Shown here: positions 50,839 to 62,234 of the stretch, one piece after another
Numbering within the stretch: the stretch's first letter is position 1
How the letters are laid out: every line of letters begins with the position of its first letter
NCBI GenBank assembly: GCA_017542465.1
Contig: JAFXXB010000020.1
Coordinates: forward strand, 10,329 to 74,328
DNA from: Bacilli bacterium
GTDB lineage: Bacteria; Bacillota_I; Bacilli_A; RF39; UBA660
Length of the DNA: 64,000 nucleotides
Direction of reading: 5' to 3'
Notes under the pieces: generated by a model
The model's input: the letters and a program-made list of their open reading frames with translations, nothing else
The model's database searches: none
What the model was told of the DNA's origin: nothing
Translations under genes and position numbers: made by a program

Positions 50839-50939
50839 AGCTTCTTTTTTATATGTATGAATAAAATATATTCAATAAATAAAACACAGCTATTTGGCCA
50901 TTAAAAAACTCAATCATTTGATTGAGCTTTTAACTATTC

Positions 50940-51665
50940 TTACTTCTTTGACTTTTTTGTCTTTTTCTTTGTTGAAGTAGTTTTACTTACAGTCTTAACA
51001 GGTTTATCATCTTCCTTAATAGTTTCTGTAACTTCTTCTTCTACTTCTTCAACATCTTCTTCATCTTCATCATTATGTCTTGTGAATATAATGATTACGA
51101 TTACTGCTAATGTAACAACTAGAATAACAATACCAATAATATTATTCTTCTTTGTTTCATCTTTATTATCATTAGCTCCTGCAGGTTCTGGATTAGACTC
51201 AGTTAATTGAGCTCCAGTAGTTTTAACTAATTCAGCAACTACATCAACATATTTAGAGTTATCTTTTTGATTCTTAATAGTTGATACAATTTCTTCATTC
51301 ATAGTTTCGCCATATCCTGAGAAATACTTTTCACCAATTACTATAAATGGAACACCCTTAACTTGAGTACCAAGTTGAGTTCCAACTGTTGTCATGAAAG
51401 ATGCGTTAGTACTATTTTCCCATACTTCATAGTATTTTACTTCTAATATATCTTTTACTCTAGAATCTTTCTTTAAAGTAGTTGCGATATATTCTTCTAA
51501 CTCTTGGCAGTGTGGGCAAGTAGAACCATAGAATACATACATAGTTACTTTATCAGGTGTACCTGTTGAAGCAGCTGTTGTAGTTGTAGTCTTTTTTGCA
51601 CTTGCAAAAGTAACTGGCATTATAACTAATAATAATAGAAATAATGTCTTAAGAAATCTTTTCAT
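50940..51665 (-). CDS. Exported glutaredoxin/thioredoxin-fold protein with C-terminal TM
   Basis: Signal peptide, FYGSTCPHC, GVPFIVIG, C-terminal TM and charged tail. Confidence 0.75.
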   Translation of the reverse strand: MKRFLKTLFLLLLVIMPVTFASAKKTTTTTAASTGTPDKVTMYVFYGSTCPHCQELEEYIATTLKKDSRVKDILEVKYYEVWENSTNASFMTTVGTQLGTQVKGVPFIVIGEKYFSGYGETMNEEIVSTIKNQKDNSKYVDVVAELVKTTGAQLTESNPEPAGANDNKDETKKNNIIGIVILVVTLAVIVIIIFTRHNDEDEEDVEEVEEEVTETIKEDDKPVKTVSKTTSTKKKTKKSKK

Positions 51666-51757
51666 TACCATTTCCTCCTTATTTAACTAACATAATTATA
51701 TCATAAATAATAATAATGTTATCAAAAAAATGAAAAAAACAAGGATTTTTCCTTGTT

Positions 51758-53305
51758 TTATAGTACTATTCCAGTATGTAATCCTATATTAATTTTAACT
51801 ATATAGAATAATACTAATAATATAATCCACATAGCCATAATGAATAATGCATAAGGTAATACATATCCGAATGATCTTCTTATATCTATTCCACCATCTT
51901 TATTATATTTTTCGAGATAAGCTATATATATTACATAGTATGCCATTGCTGGAGTTAATATATATGTAATTGAAGATCCAACAGTGAATACCAATTGAGC
52001 AGCCTCAGGAGTAAATCCTGCTGTCATCATTGTTGGTACAATTGTTGGTGCTAGAATAGACCATCTACTTGTAAGTGATGGTAATAGTATTCCAGATACA
52101 CCACTTATTACAAATACTAATATCATTAATGGAATTCCACTGAAATTAGAAGCGTTAATAACATTAGCTAAAGCTGCTGTTACTAATTCTCCAATATTAG
52201 TATATTTTAATAATGATATATATGTTGAGGCAAAGAATAATAATACTATAACCTTACCTATACCATCCAATGAATGTGATAAGTGTTCACATAATTCTCT
52301 ATTATTACTTATCTTTCTTGCACCTACAGCATAAGCAAATCCACAAATGAAGAATAATAATGTAATAACAAATACATATCCAGAATTGAAGAATGAATCA
52401 ATTCCAAATAACTTATCAATATATCTTGCTTGAGAATAATCTAATAAATTACCACCGAATGGAACACCAGGAATAATATTATATATAAATATAATTCCAT
52501 ATATAAATGCTCCAATACCAGCAAATATTAAACCTCTTATTTCTCTCTTTGATAATGAATCTTTATCTTCTACAATCTCATTTTCATCAACTTCATATTT
52601 AGCTAAGCTTGGTGCTGTAACTACTTCAGTTATGTAAGTTAATACTATAGAACCAATAATTACTGCTGGAATCATAATCCAGATATTATTTAATGAACTA
52701 ATATGATATGAAGTAGTAATTAAATTAGCTGCTTCAGTTGTTGATGTAATTAATGCAGAATCTATACTACTTGTGAATAAATGTAATCCATAACCTAAAC
52801 CACAAGAAGCAAATCCATGTACAATACCTATCATAGGATTTCTCTTACCATATTTAAATAATAATGCTCCTAATGGTATAAATACAATAAAACTTATATC
52901 ACCAGTTAAGTTTATTAATAAACATACAATTGTGAAAACCCATGTAACCATAAACTTTGGAGCTTTTTTAGTCACTACAAAGAACATTGTATCTAGGAAT
53001 CCACTTACATCCATTATTGATATACCCATTAATAAAATTAATAACGTACTTAATGGAGCAAATGAAGCAAAGTTAGATACTGTATGTGAAAATATATATT
53101 TAATACCACTTAAATTAAACAGTGATTCAATAGTAACTAAAGTTGATTCAATGCTTCCTGTTTTAACATTAATCTTACTATAATTAACAGATGCATCAAA
53201 GAAATCTAATATTCCACTGAATATAATTGTTGCAAATATTAATAATATGAAACTCATTATAGGATGCAACGAAATAAATTTTCTAATTCTTTTGAACGCT
53301 TTCAT
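51758..53305 (-). CDS. AbgT family transporter
   Basis: HPIMSF, NFASFAPL, LEKY..motifs; multi-TM. Confidence 0.82.
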   Translation of the reverse strand: MKAFKRIRKFISLHPIMSFILLIFATIIFSGILDFFDASVNYSKINVKTGSIESTLVTIESLFNLSGIKYIFSHTVSNFASFAPLSTLLILLMGISIMDVSGFLDTMFFVVTKKAPKFMVTWVFTIVCLLINLTGDISFIVFIPLGALLFKYGKRNPMIGIVHGFASCGLGYGLHLFTSSIDSALITSTTEAANLITTSYHISSLNNIWIMIPAVIIGSIVLTYITEVVTAPSLAKYEVDENEIVEDKDSLSKREIRGLIFAGIGAFIYGIIFIYNIIPGVPFGGNLLDYSQARYIDKLFGIDSFFNSGYVFVITLLFFICGFAYAVGARKISNNRELCEHLSHSLDGIGKVIVLLFFASTYISLLKYTNIGELVTAALANVINASNFSGIPLMILVFVISGVSGILLPSLTSRWSILAPTIVPTMMTAGFTPEAAQLVFTVGSSITYILTPAMAYYVIYIAYLEKYNKDGGIDIRRSFGYVLPYALFIMAMWIILLVLFYIVKINIGLHTGIVL

Positions 53306-53486
53306 CTATAACTCCTTTCAATTTCTTCTTAAATTCTAATCTATCCATCATAATCTCATGACCACAGTTAGAACATTTAATCTTTATATCCACTCCTACA
53401 CGTGTAATAATCCATTCATTACTTCCACATGCATGAGGTTTCTTCATAATTACTTTATCATTTAGTTTAAAATTATTTTCCATCAT
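53283..53486 (-). CDS. DUF951 family protein
   Basis: MKKPHACGSNEWIITRVGVDIKIKCSNCGH; start moved behind GGAGG. Confidence 0.88.
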   Translation of the reverse strand: MMENNFKLNDKVIMKKPHACGSNEWIITRVGVDIKIKCSNCGHEIMMDRLEFKKKLKGVIDESVQKN

Positions 53487-54273
53487 GTACCTCCACTTGA
53501 GGATATGGTATCTTAATTCCTTTTTCATCAAAATTATCTTTAACTATTTTTAATACTTCTCTTCTTAATGCATATCTATCTTTAGATTCACATTCTACTT
53601 GTAATAAATAATTAACATTTGAATCACAGAAATCATTAACACCTAAATACTCTGGATCTTTTGTAGTTAATTTAGTATTAACTATATCTTTAATGATATC
53701 TTTCATAACCTTTGCTACTTGTTTTTCTGATACTTCATATGCAACAGGTATATTTAGATACCAAACTGTTTTAGCTGCTGATAGATTCTTTATTTGAGAT
53801 ATCTCTCTATTAGCTATAACTAAAACTGTTCCATCAAATGCTTTAATCTTTGTTCTCTTTAATCCAAACTCAGTAACAATACCAGTGAAATCACCAATAG
53901 TTACTAAATCGCCAACAACAAAGTAATCATCCATGATTATATTACAACCAGCTATGATATCTTTAAGCGCATCTTGAAGAGCTAAACCTCCAATTACACC
54001 TACAACACCAAGTGATGCCACTATAGCTGATACATTAACACCTAACTTAGAAAGAATAATTACACCAGCAACAATTAATACTATATATTTAACTATATTA
54101 AATATTAATGCTACTATTGTATTTTTCTTCTTAGTTTTAATAGATGCTGCATTTGATACTTCTATCTTATTTTGTGCTCTACTTATAACAATGATTATTA
54201 TAGATGATATTAATAATGTTATTAATATCGTAAACACTTTATCAGATAGAATTATATTAACAATATTATCCAT
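53473..54273 (-). CDS. Small-conductance mechanosensitive channel (MscS/YkuT-like)
   Basis: GLALQDALKDIIAG, VGDLVTIG, IPYPQVEVH. Confidence 0.9.
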   Translation of the reverse strand: MDNIVNIILSDKVFTILITLLISSIIIIVISRAQNKIEVSNAASIKTKKKNTIVALIFNIVKYIVLIVAGVIILSKLGVNVSAIVASLGVVGVIGGLALQDALKDIIAGCNIIMDDYFVVGDLVTIGDFTGIVTEFGLKRTKIKAFDGTVLVIANREISQIKNLSAAKTVWYLNIPVAYEVSEKQVAKVMKDIIKDIVNTKLTTKDPEYLGVNDFCDSNVNYLLQVECESKDRYALRREVLKIVKDNFDEKGIKIPYPQVEVHDGK

Positions 54274-54274
54274 A

Positions 54275-55159
54275 TTAATCATCTACTTCTACATTTAATA
54301 TTTCCATGATTCTATCTAAATCTTTGTCAGAATCAAATGGAATAACAATCTTTCCAGATTTAATACTTACTTTATTTCCAGTTTTATCTCTTAAGATATT
54401 TTCATATATTCTACATCTACTAGAAACATTTTCAGTTCTCTTAATTGCTTTCTTTTTCTTTATATCAGAGTTCTTAGATATATCTTCAATATCTCTTACT
54501 GATAATCCTTCACTTTTAATTCTATCAACTAATTCTAGGATTTTATCAGCATCTTCCATCTTAGATAACACTCTAGCATGTGACATTGAAATCTTCTTAT
54601 TTGTTACATCCTTTTGAACATCTTTAGGTAATGTTAATAATCCTAATATATTAGTGATATAACTTCTACTCTTTTTAAACTTATTAGCAATCTCTTCTTG
54701 AGTAACACCCATCTTATCCATATATTTCTTATATGCTTGAGCTTCTTCAATTGGAGATAAATCTTCTCTTTGAATATTTTCTAGTATTGCTATTTCCATC
54801 ATCTCTTCATCAGAAAAATCTGTAATAATAGCAGGTATTGTCTTAACTCCAGCTATACGAGAAGCTTTAGTTCTTCTTTCACCAGCTACTAGTTCATATC
54901 CTTTAATACTCTTCTTAACAATAATTGGCTCTAATACGCCATGTTCTTTAATAGATTCAGCTAATTCATTTAATCCTTCTTCATCAAAATATTGTCTAGG
55001 TTGATAAGGATTACTTCTAATCTCATCTACAGGTATATCAACAATTTCTTTCTTAGGTGTAGAATCAATTATTTCTTGTTCAAACGCATCAAAATTTAAG
55101 TTTTCTGATGCAAATAGTTGTTCTAATCCTTTACCTAATGCTCTTCTATTCTCTTTCAT
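54275..55159 (-). CDS. parB: ParB/Spo0J partition protein
   Basis: LGKGLEQL, NPYQPR, GERRTKA, ENIQREDL, HTH. Confidence 0.95.
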   Translation of the reverse strand: MKENRRALGKGLEQLFASENLNFDAFEQEIIDSTPKKEIVDIPVDEIRSNPYQPRQYFDEEGLNELAESIKEHGVLEPIIVKKSIKGYELVAGERRTKASRIAGVKTIPAIITDFSDEEMMEIAILENIQREDLSPIEEAQAYKKYMDKMGVTQEEIANKFKKSRSYITNILGLLTLPKDVQKDVTNKKISMSHARVLSKMEDADKILELVDRIKSEGLSVRDIEDISKNSDIKKKKAIKRTENVSSRCRIYENILRDKTGNKVSIKSGKIVIPFDSDKDLDRIMEILNVEVDD

Positions 55160-55946
55160 CTCTTGCTAATACCTCCTTAGCTAGATTCTCAAATGCAAGT
55201 GTTGCACGATTCTCTGGATCATATACATTTATTGGTTCACCATGTGATGGTGCCTCAACTAATCTAATTAATCTAGGAATAATTGTATCAAATGTCTTAG
55301 GACCGAAGAATCTTCTAACATCTTCAACAACTTCCATACCTAAGTTAGTTCTTGAGTCTAACATAGTTAATAATACACCTTCAATTTGTAATCTTGGATT
55401 AATTGCTCTTTGAGTTCTTAATATTGTATCTAATAATTGAGTAACTCCATCAAGTGCAAAAAATTCACATTGAACAGGTATTATTATTTTATTTGATGCA
55501 GCTAAAGCATTGATTGTTAATACACCAAGATTTGGAGGACAATCAATTATTATATAATCAAATCCTCTTTTAACTTGATCTATAACTAACTTTAGTTGTT
55601 CATTCATCTTAAAACTTTTATCTGTAGCCATACGATAATGATATTCATTATCTATACCAGCTAAGTTAATAGTAGCAGGTAGAACATAAAGGTTAGTAAA
55701 TCCTGTTTGGATGATTGCATCTTTTGGTTCAATAGCACCAGTTAAACATTCATATGTAGATTTACCATTGATATCACTCTTATTAATTCCTAAACCTGTT
55801 GATGTATTTCCTTGAGGGTCTAGATCAACTAAAAGTGTTCTCTTTCCTAGTTTTCCTAATGCTGCTGATAAGTTGATAGAAACTGTTGTTTTACCAACTC
55901 CACCCTTTTGATTTACTAATGATATAATCATACCCATTTTGCTCAT
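55146..55946 (-). CDS. parA: ParA/Soj ATPase
   Basis: NQKGGVGKTT, DLDPQGN, IDCPP, PVQCEFFAL, EAPSHG. Confidence 0.95.
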   Translation of the reverse strand: MSKMGMIISLVNQKGGVGKTTVSINLSAALGKLGKRTLLVDLDPQGNTSTGLGINKSDINGKSTYECLTGAIEPKDAIIQTGFTNLYVLPATINLAGIDNEYHYRMATDKSFKMNEQLKLVIDQVKRGFDYIIIDCPPNLGVLTINALAASNKIIIPVQCEFFALDGVTQLLDTILRTQRAINPRLQIEGVLLTMLDSRTNLGMEVVEDVRRFFGPKTFDTIIPRLIRLVEAPSHGEPINVYDPENRATLAFENLAKEVLARDERE

Positions 55947-56011
55947 CCACTTTCTACTTGTACATTATTAATTATACCATATGTATATGCCATAAATAAA
56001 CAAAAAGAACT

Positions 56012-57967
56012 CTACTTTTGAGTAGAATTCTTAATCTCATTTTCTAGTTCTTCTTTGTTCATTTTAGAATAACCCTTAATTCCTAATTCTTTAGCTTTTT
56101 CTTTTAAATCTTTTAATGAATCTTCAGATTCATCAGATAATTTTCCATTCTTAACTAATTCTTCAATTTGTTCTTTAGTTATAGTTTCTCTTTCAACTAA
56201 TGTATTAGCAATTAATTTAACTAGTTTTTCATTTTCTTTTAATATCTTAGTTGTTTCTTTATAACATTGATTAATAATCTTTTGAACTTCTTTATCAATC
56301 TCTAATGCAACTGCATCTGAGAAGTCTCTATTCTTATTGTAATCTCTACCTAAGAATACACCTTCAGATTGTTCTTCAAGTTCAATAGGTCCAAGATCAG
56401 ACATACCATATCTTGTAACCATAGCTCTTGCAATCTTTGTAGCTTTTGAGAAGTCATCTGATGCTCCTGTAGTTATTTCACCTAAGAATAATTGTTCAGC
56501 TACACGTCCACCTAATAATCCAGTGATTCTAGCTAATAATTCATCTTTAGTTGTAACAACCATTTTTTCTTCCGGAGGTAACATCATTGTGTATCCACCA
56601 GCTTGTCCACGTGGGATAATTGTAATCTTATGAACGTCTTCAGCATCTTTTAATTTTAATCCTACTACAGCATGTCCAGATTCATGAATAGCAACTAACA
56701 TCTTTTCTTTATCAGAGTATTTTCTAGTAACCTTAGCAGGTCCCATTAAAACTCTATCAGTAGCTTCATCTATTTCATCCATTGTTATAGCATCTTTCTT
56801 ACGTCTTACAGCAAGTAAAGCAGCTTCATTAAGTAAATTTTCAAGATCTGCTCCAGAGAATCCTGGAGTTCTCTTAGATAAACTTTCAATATTAACTGAT
56901 TTATCAAATATTTTACCTCTTGCATGAACATCTAAGATAGCTTTTCTAGCTTTTTGATCTGGTAAAGAAACTGTTACTTGTCTATCAAATCTTCCTGGTC
57001 TTAATAAAGCAGGATCAAGTACGTCTGGTCTATTTGTTGCAGCTATAACTATAATACCTTCATTAGCTCCAAAACCATCCATTTCAGTAAGTAATTGGTT
57101 AAGTGTTTGCTCTCTTTCATCATGACCTCCACCTAAACCAGTACCTCTTTGACGACCAACTGCATCAATCTCATCAATAAAGATTAAGCATGGTGCTGTA
57201 TGTTTAGCTTGTTTAAACATATCTCTAACACGTGATGCACCAACACCAACGAATAATTCAACAAAGTCAGATCCACTTATATAATAGAATGGAACATTAG
57301 CTTCTCCTGCAACAGCTTTAGCAAGTAAAGTTTTACCTGTTCCTGGAGGACCTACAAGTAATACACCTTTAGGTATTCTTGCACCCATTTTATTATATTT
57401 CTTTGGACTCTTTAAGAAGTCTATTAATTCTGCTACTTCTTCTTTTTCTTCATCTAAGCCTGCAACATCAGTAAATTTAGTTTTACCTTGTTCATCAACA
57501 AGTTTAGCTCTTGATTTACCAAAGTCCATAGAGCCTTTATTAGCTCCACTTAATCTAGTAAATAAGAAGAATGCTAACCCACCAATAATAATTAAAGGTC
57601 CAACATTTAATAAAATTAATAAGAATGAATTGTTTTCAGGATTAGTCTTAACTACCCATTTAAATTCTGAATTCTTATAGTATGTACTTAATTCTTCTTG
57701 CACTGATTCACTTAATGGTGCATTTACTTTAAAGTAATCATTTTTATTATAACTAGATAATTTACCAGTTATGTAATAAACACCATCAGCACTATGTTCA
57801 GTAGTTTCAATTTCAGTAACATTACCTTGGCTTAATTCAGTAATTAATTCACTGTAAGTTAATTCCTTCCAATTCTTATTATTAACACCATATGTTAATA
57901 TTACTACGCCTATAATAACTAGTAATACTATATATGGAATAAATTGTTTTATGTTTGTTTTTTTCAT
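56012..57967 (-). CDS. ftsH: ATP-dependent zinc metalloprotease FtsH with extra C-terminal Rho_N-like module
   Basis: Two [32 protein letters not shown] region. Confidence 0.97.
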   Translation of the reverse strand: MKKTNIKQFIPYIVLLVIIGVVILTYGVNNKNWKELTYSELITELSQGNVTEIETTEHSADGVYYITGKLSSYNKNDYFKVNAPLSESVQEELSTYYKNSEFKWVVKTNPENNSFLLILLNVGPLIIIGGLAFFLFTRLSGANKGSMDFGKSRAKLVDEQGKTKFTDVAGLDEEKEEVAELIDFLKSPKKYNKMGARIPKGVLLVGPPGTGKTLLAKAVAGEANVPFYYISGSDFVELFVGVGASRVRDMFKQAKHTAPCLIFIDEIDAVGRQRGTGLGGGHDEREQTLNQLLTEMDGFGANEGIIVIAATNRPDVLDPALLRPGRFDRQVTVSLPDQKARKAILDVHARGKIFDKSVNIESLSKRTPGFSGADLENLLNEAALLAVRRKKDAITMDEIDEATDRVLMGPAKVTRKYSDKEKMLVAIHESGHAVVGLKLKDAEDVHKITIIPRGQAGGYTMMLPPEEKMVVTTKDELLARITGLLGGRVAEQLFLGEITTGASDDFSKATKIARAMVTRYGMSDLGPIELEEQSEGVFLGRDYNKNRDFSDAVALEIDKEVQKIINQCYKETTKILKENEKLVKLIANTLVERETITKEQIEELVKNGKLSDESEDSLKDLKEKAKELGIKGYSKMNKEELENEIKNSTQK

Positions 57968-57968
57968 A

Positions 57969-59279
57969 TTATTCCTCCAATATGTACTTAATTATTATAT
58001 CATATTCCTTATCTATTGGTATATCTAAATTAGACTTTTTTATACCAGGAATAAATATTATTTTATCATCCGAATCAACTATGATTGGATAGACATCTCT
58101 TAGGTCTTTTGGTACCTTATTATCAATAAAAATATCATTAATCTTTTTAGTTCCATCCATATTTTTTACATGTATTTTATCTCCATCTCTTCTATTTCTA
58201 ACATATAAAGGTAACTTAATATCTTTAGAATTTAATCTAATAATATAATTAGATTTATCTTTCTTATCTTCATCTATTAGTTTAATAATTCCACATGGAG
58301 TTTCAACACAATCTTGTAACTCTTCTTTATAGTTAATAACTTTATTCTTTTCAACATTAAAGATTAGTTTGTTATATTCTTTAACTACTCTCATATTAGG
58401 TAGAATTAGTTCTACATTTGGTTTATCACTTTCAATCATCTTTAACAATTCATTTATGTGATTATCATTGATAAGATACAAATCATCAGGATAATAAGGT
58501 CTAATAACTTCTTCAAGTACTTTATCTTTTAAGAATTCATCTATCTTATTAAACTTATCTATATCTAATGTATTATCTGTTACTATATCTTCAATTATTT
58601 CATATACCTTTTCATTAATATAATCAAAGTATGATTGAGCTACTTTATGATATTTTAAGAATTTTAAATGAACATTCTTATCTTCTTCTTTAAGAATAGG
58701 TAATACATATTTTCTATATCTATTTCTTAAATGAATATCATCTAAGTTTGTAGCATCCATATAATATTTAATACCTAATATATCTAATTGTTTAATGATG
58801 TTTGCCTTAGTCATATATACTAAAGGTCTAACAATCTTATAGCCTTTCTTTTCAGTAATAATATTAAATCCTGCATATCCATTTAATGTTGATCCTCTTA
58901 CTATTCTTAAAAGAACAGTTTCAATCAAATCATCACCATGATGAGCCGTAAATAAATATTTTGCATTATATTTATCTATTAATGTTTTAAAGAATTCATA
59001 TCTTTTTTCTCTAGCTACAAGTTCTGTGTTGACTGAAGGTAAATCATGTAATTCAGTACCTTCAAAGATAATACTATTATCATTACAATACCTTTCAACA
59101 TACTCATATTCCTCTTTAGACTCTTCTCTTAAATTATGATTAACATGAGCACATACTACATCTAAACCATATTCTTTTAAGACATGCAAAAGAAACATGC
59201 TATCTGGTCCACCTGAGCATGCAACGATGACTTTACCATCAATATTTAAAGATTGTAATAACTCTTTAATATTATCCAT
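57969..59279 (-). CDS. tilS: tRNA(Ile)-lysidine synthetase
   Basis: ACSGGPDS PP-loop, TAHHGDD, RPL, RNRYR, C-terminal domain. Confidence 0.93.
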   Translation of the reverse strand: MDNIKELLQSLNIDGKVIVACSGGPDSMFLLHVLKEYGLDVVCAHVNHNLREESKEEYEYVERYCNDNSIIFEGTELHDLPSVNTELVAREKRYEFFKTLIDKYNAKYLFTAHHGDDLIETVLLRIVRGSTLNGYAGFNIITEKKGYKIVRPLVYMTKANIIKQLDILGIKYYMDATNLDDIHLRNRYRKYVLPILKEEDKNVHLKFLKYHKVAQSYFDYINEKVYEIIEDIVTDNTLDIDKFNKIDEFLKDKVLEEVIRPYYPDDLYLINDNHINELLKMIESDKPNVELILPNMRVVKEYNKLIFNVEKNKVINYKEELQDCVETPCGIIKLIDEDKKDKSNYIIRLNSKDIKLPLYVRNRRDGDKIHVKNMDGTKKINDIFIDNKVPKDLRDVYPIIVDSDDKIIFIPGIKKSNLDIPIDKEYDIIIKYILEE

Positions 59280-59364
59280 AATGACTCCTTCAAATCAATT
59301 GTATTATACTATATTATATAAAAAAATCCATAATTAATAAAAGAGGATAACTTATTATCCTCTT

Positions 59365-61698
59365 TTAATCATCCATTAATATTATTATATCGGCTAATTT
59401 ACCTTTAAAGAATCTACCTGGTTGATTATTACTTCCAAAGTATCCACCAAAAGCTACATTAGTTGCAAATGGTTGATTTAATGTCCAACTACTTTGAGTA
59501 ATCATTGTAGTTTCTTGACTTGTAAATCCTTCATAAGAATATTGCATTGTAATTACTCCATTCTTTCTCTTAAACACGAAATCAATAGGAGCTTTTGATA
59601 CTTGAATACCACCAGTCGGAACTTTAACTGTACTTCCACCCCATCTATATGTAGGACTCATAACTGTAATACTTCCATCAAAACGGACATTTATTCCAGG
59701 ATATTTATTATTAGATTCATCTTTAGCATTAAAGAATGTAGGTTGTGTTGGTGATACAGAGTATATATCACTATCAACAGATACAAATGTGAATCTAATT
59801 TCAAAGTCTTTATCAATATTGGTTGAACTAAATATATTTACTCCAGTATCAATGAATGTATTAATAGTACCATCAAATACAGCTTCACCCGTATGACCAT
59901 ATTGAATTTTCCACCATTCAGCATATAATGTTACAATATCACCATCTACTACACTTAAGTTTCTTACAGCCTGTAAATCATCATAATGTGTTCCAGTACC
60001 ATCAGGCATTGTATTCCATCCTCTAAATTCATAATTAGTTCTAGTAAATTCATTTGGAGATAATGCTTGAACCGGATCATCAATTATAAATTCTTGATCA
60101 GCCATAGTTCCAGTTCCACCATTAGCATCAAAATGAACATTGTATTTTAATGCTGGAATCCATTGTGCATATAATGTTATAACATCACCATCATTACCTA
60201 TATCAGATATAATATTATATTCATTAGGATAACTTGTTCCAGTACCATCAGGCATTGTATTCCATCCTCCAAATGAATTATCTTGTTTAGTAAATTCATT
60301 TGTATTTATAGATGTATTTTTACCTATTACTACTTCTTGATCTACCATCATACCAGTTCCACCATTAGCATCAAAATGAAGTGTATATGAAGCAATATCA
60401 ACTAATTCAACACTCATATCAGATAATTGTCCTCTAAAGTAACGATATACACCACCATTTTTATCAACACCTGCACAGAATAATGCGTGATTATCAAAAT
60501 ACGTATTAAAATTACTAAAGTCATTTATTCTAACATCATTACCACCGTTATAACTATAGTAAACAACTCCATCTACTTTCTTTATTACTACACTTTGACC
60601 AGTTACATAACCAGTATTACTGTTTTTAACTTTACTTCCTGCGGTGTTAATATTCATTGTATATGCACCAACATTATTTGTAAAGAATGTAATACCAGGA
60701 TATGGTTCACCAACTTCGAGCATGTTAGAGAAAATACTTCCTCTATCACCTGATGATGTATTATATCCATTATTAGTATCTACAGTAAACTTAACAATAA
60801 AGTCTTTATCTGCATTAAGCTCATTAAACATTTGAACACCAGTATCTATATAACTAGAACCATCACATGTTATTGTAGAATCTTCTTTAAAATATACTTT
60901 ATTCCATTTGGCATATAAATCAGTAGTACCTGTTGGAACATAGCTTTCATTTACTTGATTATCAAATGTCGACTCTAAATACCATCCTTCAAATTTATAA
61001 AAATAAGTACATTGTCTTGTTTCATAATCACCTGTCCCACTTTGACAATCATCATTTGTAACTACAGGTAATGTACCTAAGCTTTGATTCTGTGGAATAT
61101 TATCAACTATTGAAGCATCACCATTATTTGGATGATATATAACTGAATAAGACTGTCCATATATTGGTCCAATTGTTACATCACCAGTAATAGTAAAAGT
61201 ATAATTAGGATTAGTTTCATTATTAGACCATTTAACAAATGGATTACCATTATTATCTACATTATCAGCTATTAAATTAATAGTTGTTCCATAATAATAT
61301 GATCCAGAAGGTGTATTAGTTGTAACATAATTACTATTATTAATAGTTAAGTTATATTGTTTTCTTGCATATCTATATGTAATAACTGTATTATCTAAAC
61401 TATCTAATACAACTGTTTGTACAGATGGTGCATCGAATCCTTGTATATTTAATACAGGTGGAGTAACAGATGTTCCAATAGGAATATCTGAATAATTTAA
61501 TCTGCTGTATTCAGAATATGTTATTCCATCTAAATTCATAATTTCATGTACCACAGTATAACTTGTTTCTTGTAAAATAGTTAGATTATTAACAGCAGGC
61601 TCTGTTATTTTAAAAAATAAGCCATGTATTCCTGAAATAAAAAAAAGTGATGAAATAATCACGATTAATAAAACAGAATATAGTTTTATTCTTTTCAT
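59365..61698 (-). CDS. Surface protein with Listeria-Bacteroides (InlB B-type) repeats and two related sugar-binding-like domains
   Basis: Repeats Y.LHFDANGGTG...GWNTMPDGTG...TLYA.W; two domains starting .DG..YIDTGV.MF/IF. Confidence 0.75.
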   Translation of the reverse strand: MKRIKLYSVLLIVIISSLFFISGIHGLFFKITEPAVNNLTILQETSYTVVHEIMNLDGITYSEYSRLNYSDIPIGTSVTPPVLNIQGFDAPSVQTVVLDSLDNTVITYRYARKQYNLTINNSNYVTTNTPSGSYYYGTTINLIADNVDNNGNPFVKWSNNETNPNYTFTITGDVTIGPIYGQSYSVIYHPNNGDASIVDNIPQNQSLGTLPVVTNDDCQSGTGDYETRQCTYFYKFEGWYLESTFDNQVNESYVPTGTTDLYAKWNKVYFKEDSTITCDGSSYIDTGVQMFNELNADKDFIVKFTVDTNNGYNTSSGDRGSIFSNMLEVGEPYPGITFFTNNVGAYTMNINTAGSKVKNSNTGYVTGQSVVIKKVDGVVYYSYNGGNDVRINDFSNFNTYFDNHALFCAGVDKNGGVYRYFRGQLSDMSVELVDIASYTLHFDANGGTGMMVDQEVVIGKNTSINTNEFTKQDNSFGGWNTMPDGTGTSYPNEYNIISDIGNDGDVITLYAQWIPALKYNVHFDANGGTGTMADQEFIIDDPVQALSPNEFTRTNYEFRGWNTMPDGTGTHYDDLQAVRNLSVVDGDIVTLYAEWWKIQYGHTGEAVFDGTINTFIDTGVNIFSSTNIDKDFEIRFTFVSVDSDIYSVSPTQPTFFNAKDESNNKYPGINVRFDGSITVMSPTYRWGGSTVKVPTGGIQVSKAPIDFVFKRKNGVITMQYSYEGFTSQETTMITQSSWTLNQPFATNVAFGGYFGSNNQPGRFFKGKLADIIILMDD
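59905..60390 (-). repeat. Two tandem ~243-bp coding repeat units
   Basis: CCAGTTCCACCATTAGCATCAAAATGAA identical at 60110-60137 and 60353-60380; a second shared block near 59989 and 60235. Confidence 0.85.
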
Positions 61699-61725
61699 AT
61701 TTCATCACCCTTTCTCATTAATTAT

Positions 61726-62226
61726 TTATTCTCCCTTTTCTTTCTTTTCTTTCTTTTTATCATCACCAAAGAGAAACCCTGTTATCAATAAAACTACAAT
61801 AAGAGTTATAGATATTATTTTTCCAGTAGTAGTTTGGAATGTCTTTACAACATATCCAACCTTAGGAATCCAGAATAGATTTTTACCAACATAATTCTTA
61901 TTTGTTACTAAATTACTATCTTCATCCTTATTATTATCACCTTTAGTTACTATTCCATTTTCATCAATTTTAACTGCTCTATGAGTAACTAAAGTACCAT
62001 CATTCATTTTAAATGCAATAACATCTTTTTCTTTAACACTTTCATATTTTGCATTTTTATTGATAAAACAAATACTTCCTGTTTCTATAGAAGGTTCCAT
62101 AGAACCAGACAATACTACATATGGAATAATTCCACATATATATAGTATTAGAAATATTGATCCAATAAGAATAATTATTGTTGTTAAAACATTAATTATT
62201 TTTTTAATAACTTCTATTATCTTCAT
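61726..62226 (-). CDS. sipW: Signal peptidase I, SipW (archaeal/ER-type S26B)
   Basis: VVLSGSMEPSI, VTHRAV (His instead of Lys), TKGDNN. Confidence 0.88.
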   Translation of the reverse strand: MKIIEVIKKIINVLTTIIILIGSIFLILYICGIIPYVVLSGSMEPSIETGSICFINKNAKYESVKEKDVIAFKMNDGTLVTHRAVKIDENGIVTKGDNNKDEDSNLVTNKNYVGKNLFWIPKVGYVVKTFQTTTGKIISITLIVVLLITGFLFGDDKKKEKKEKGE

Positions 62227-62234
62227 AATTCATA

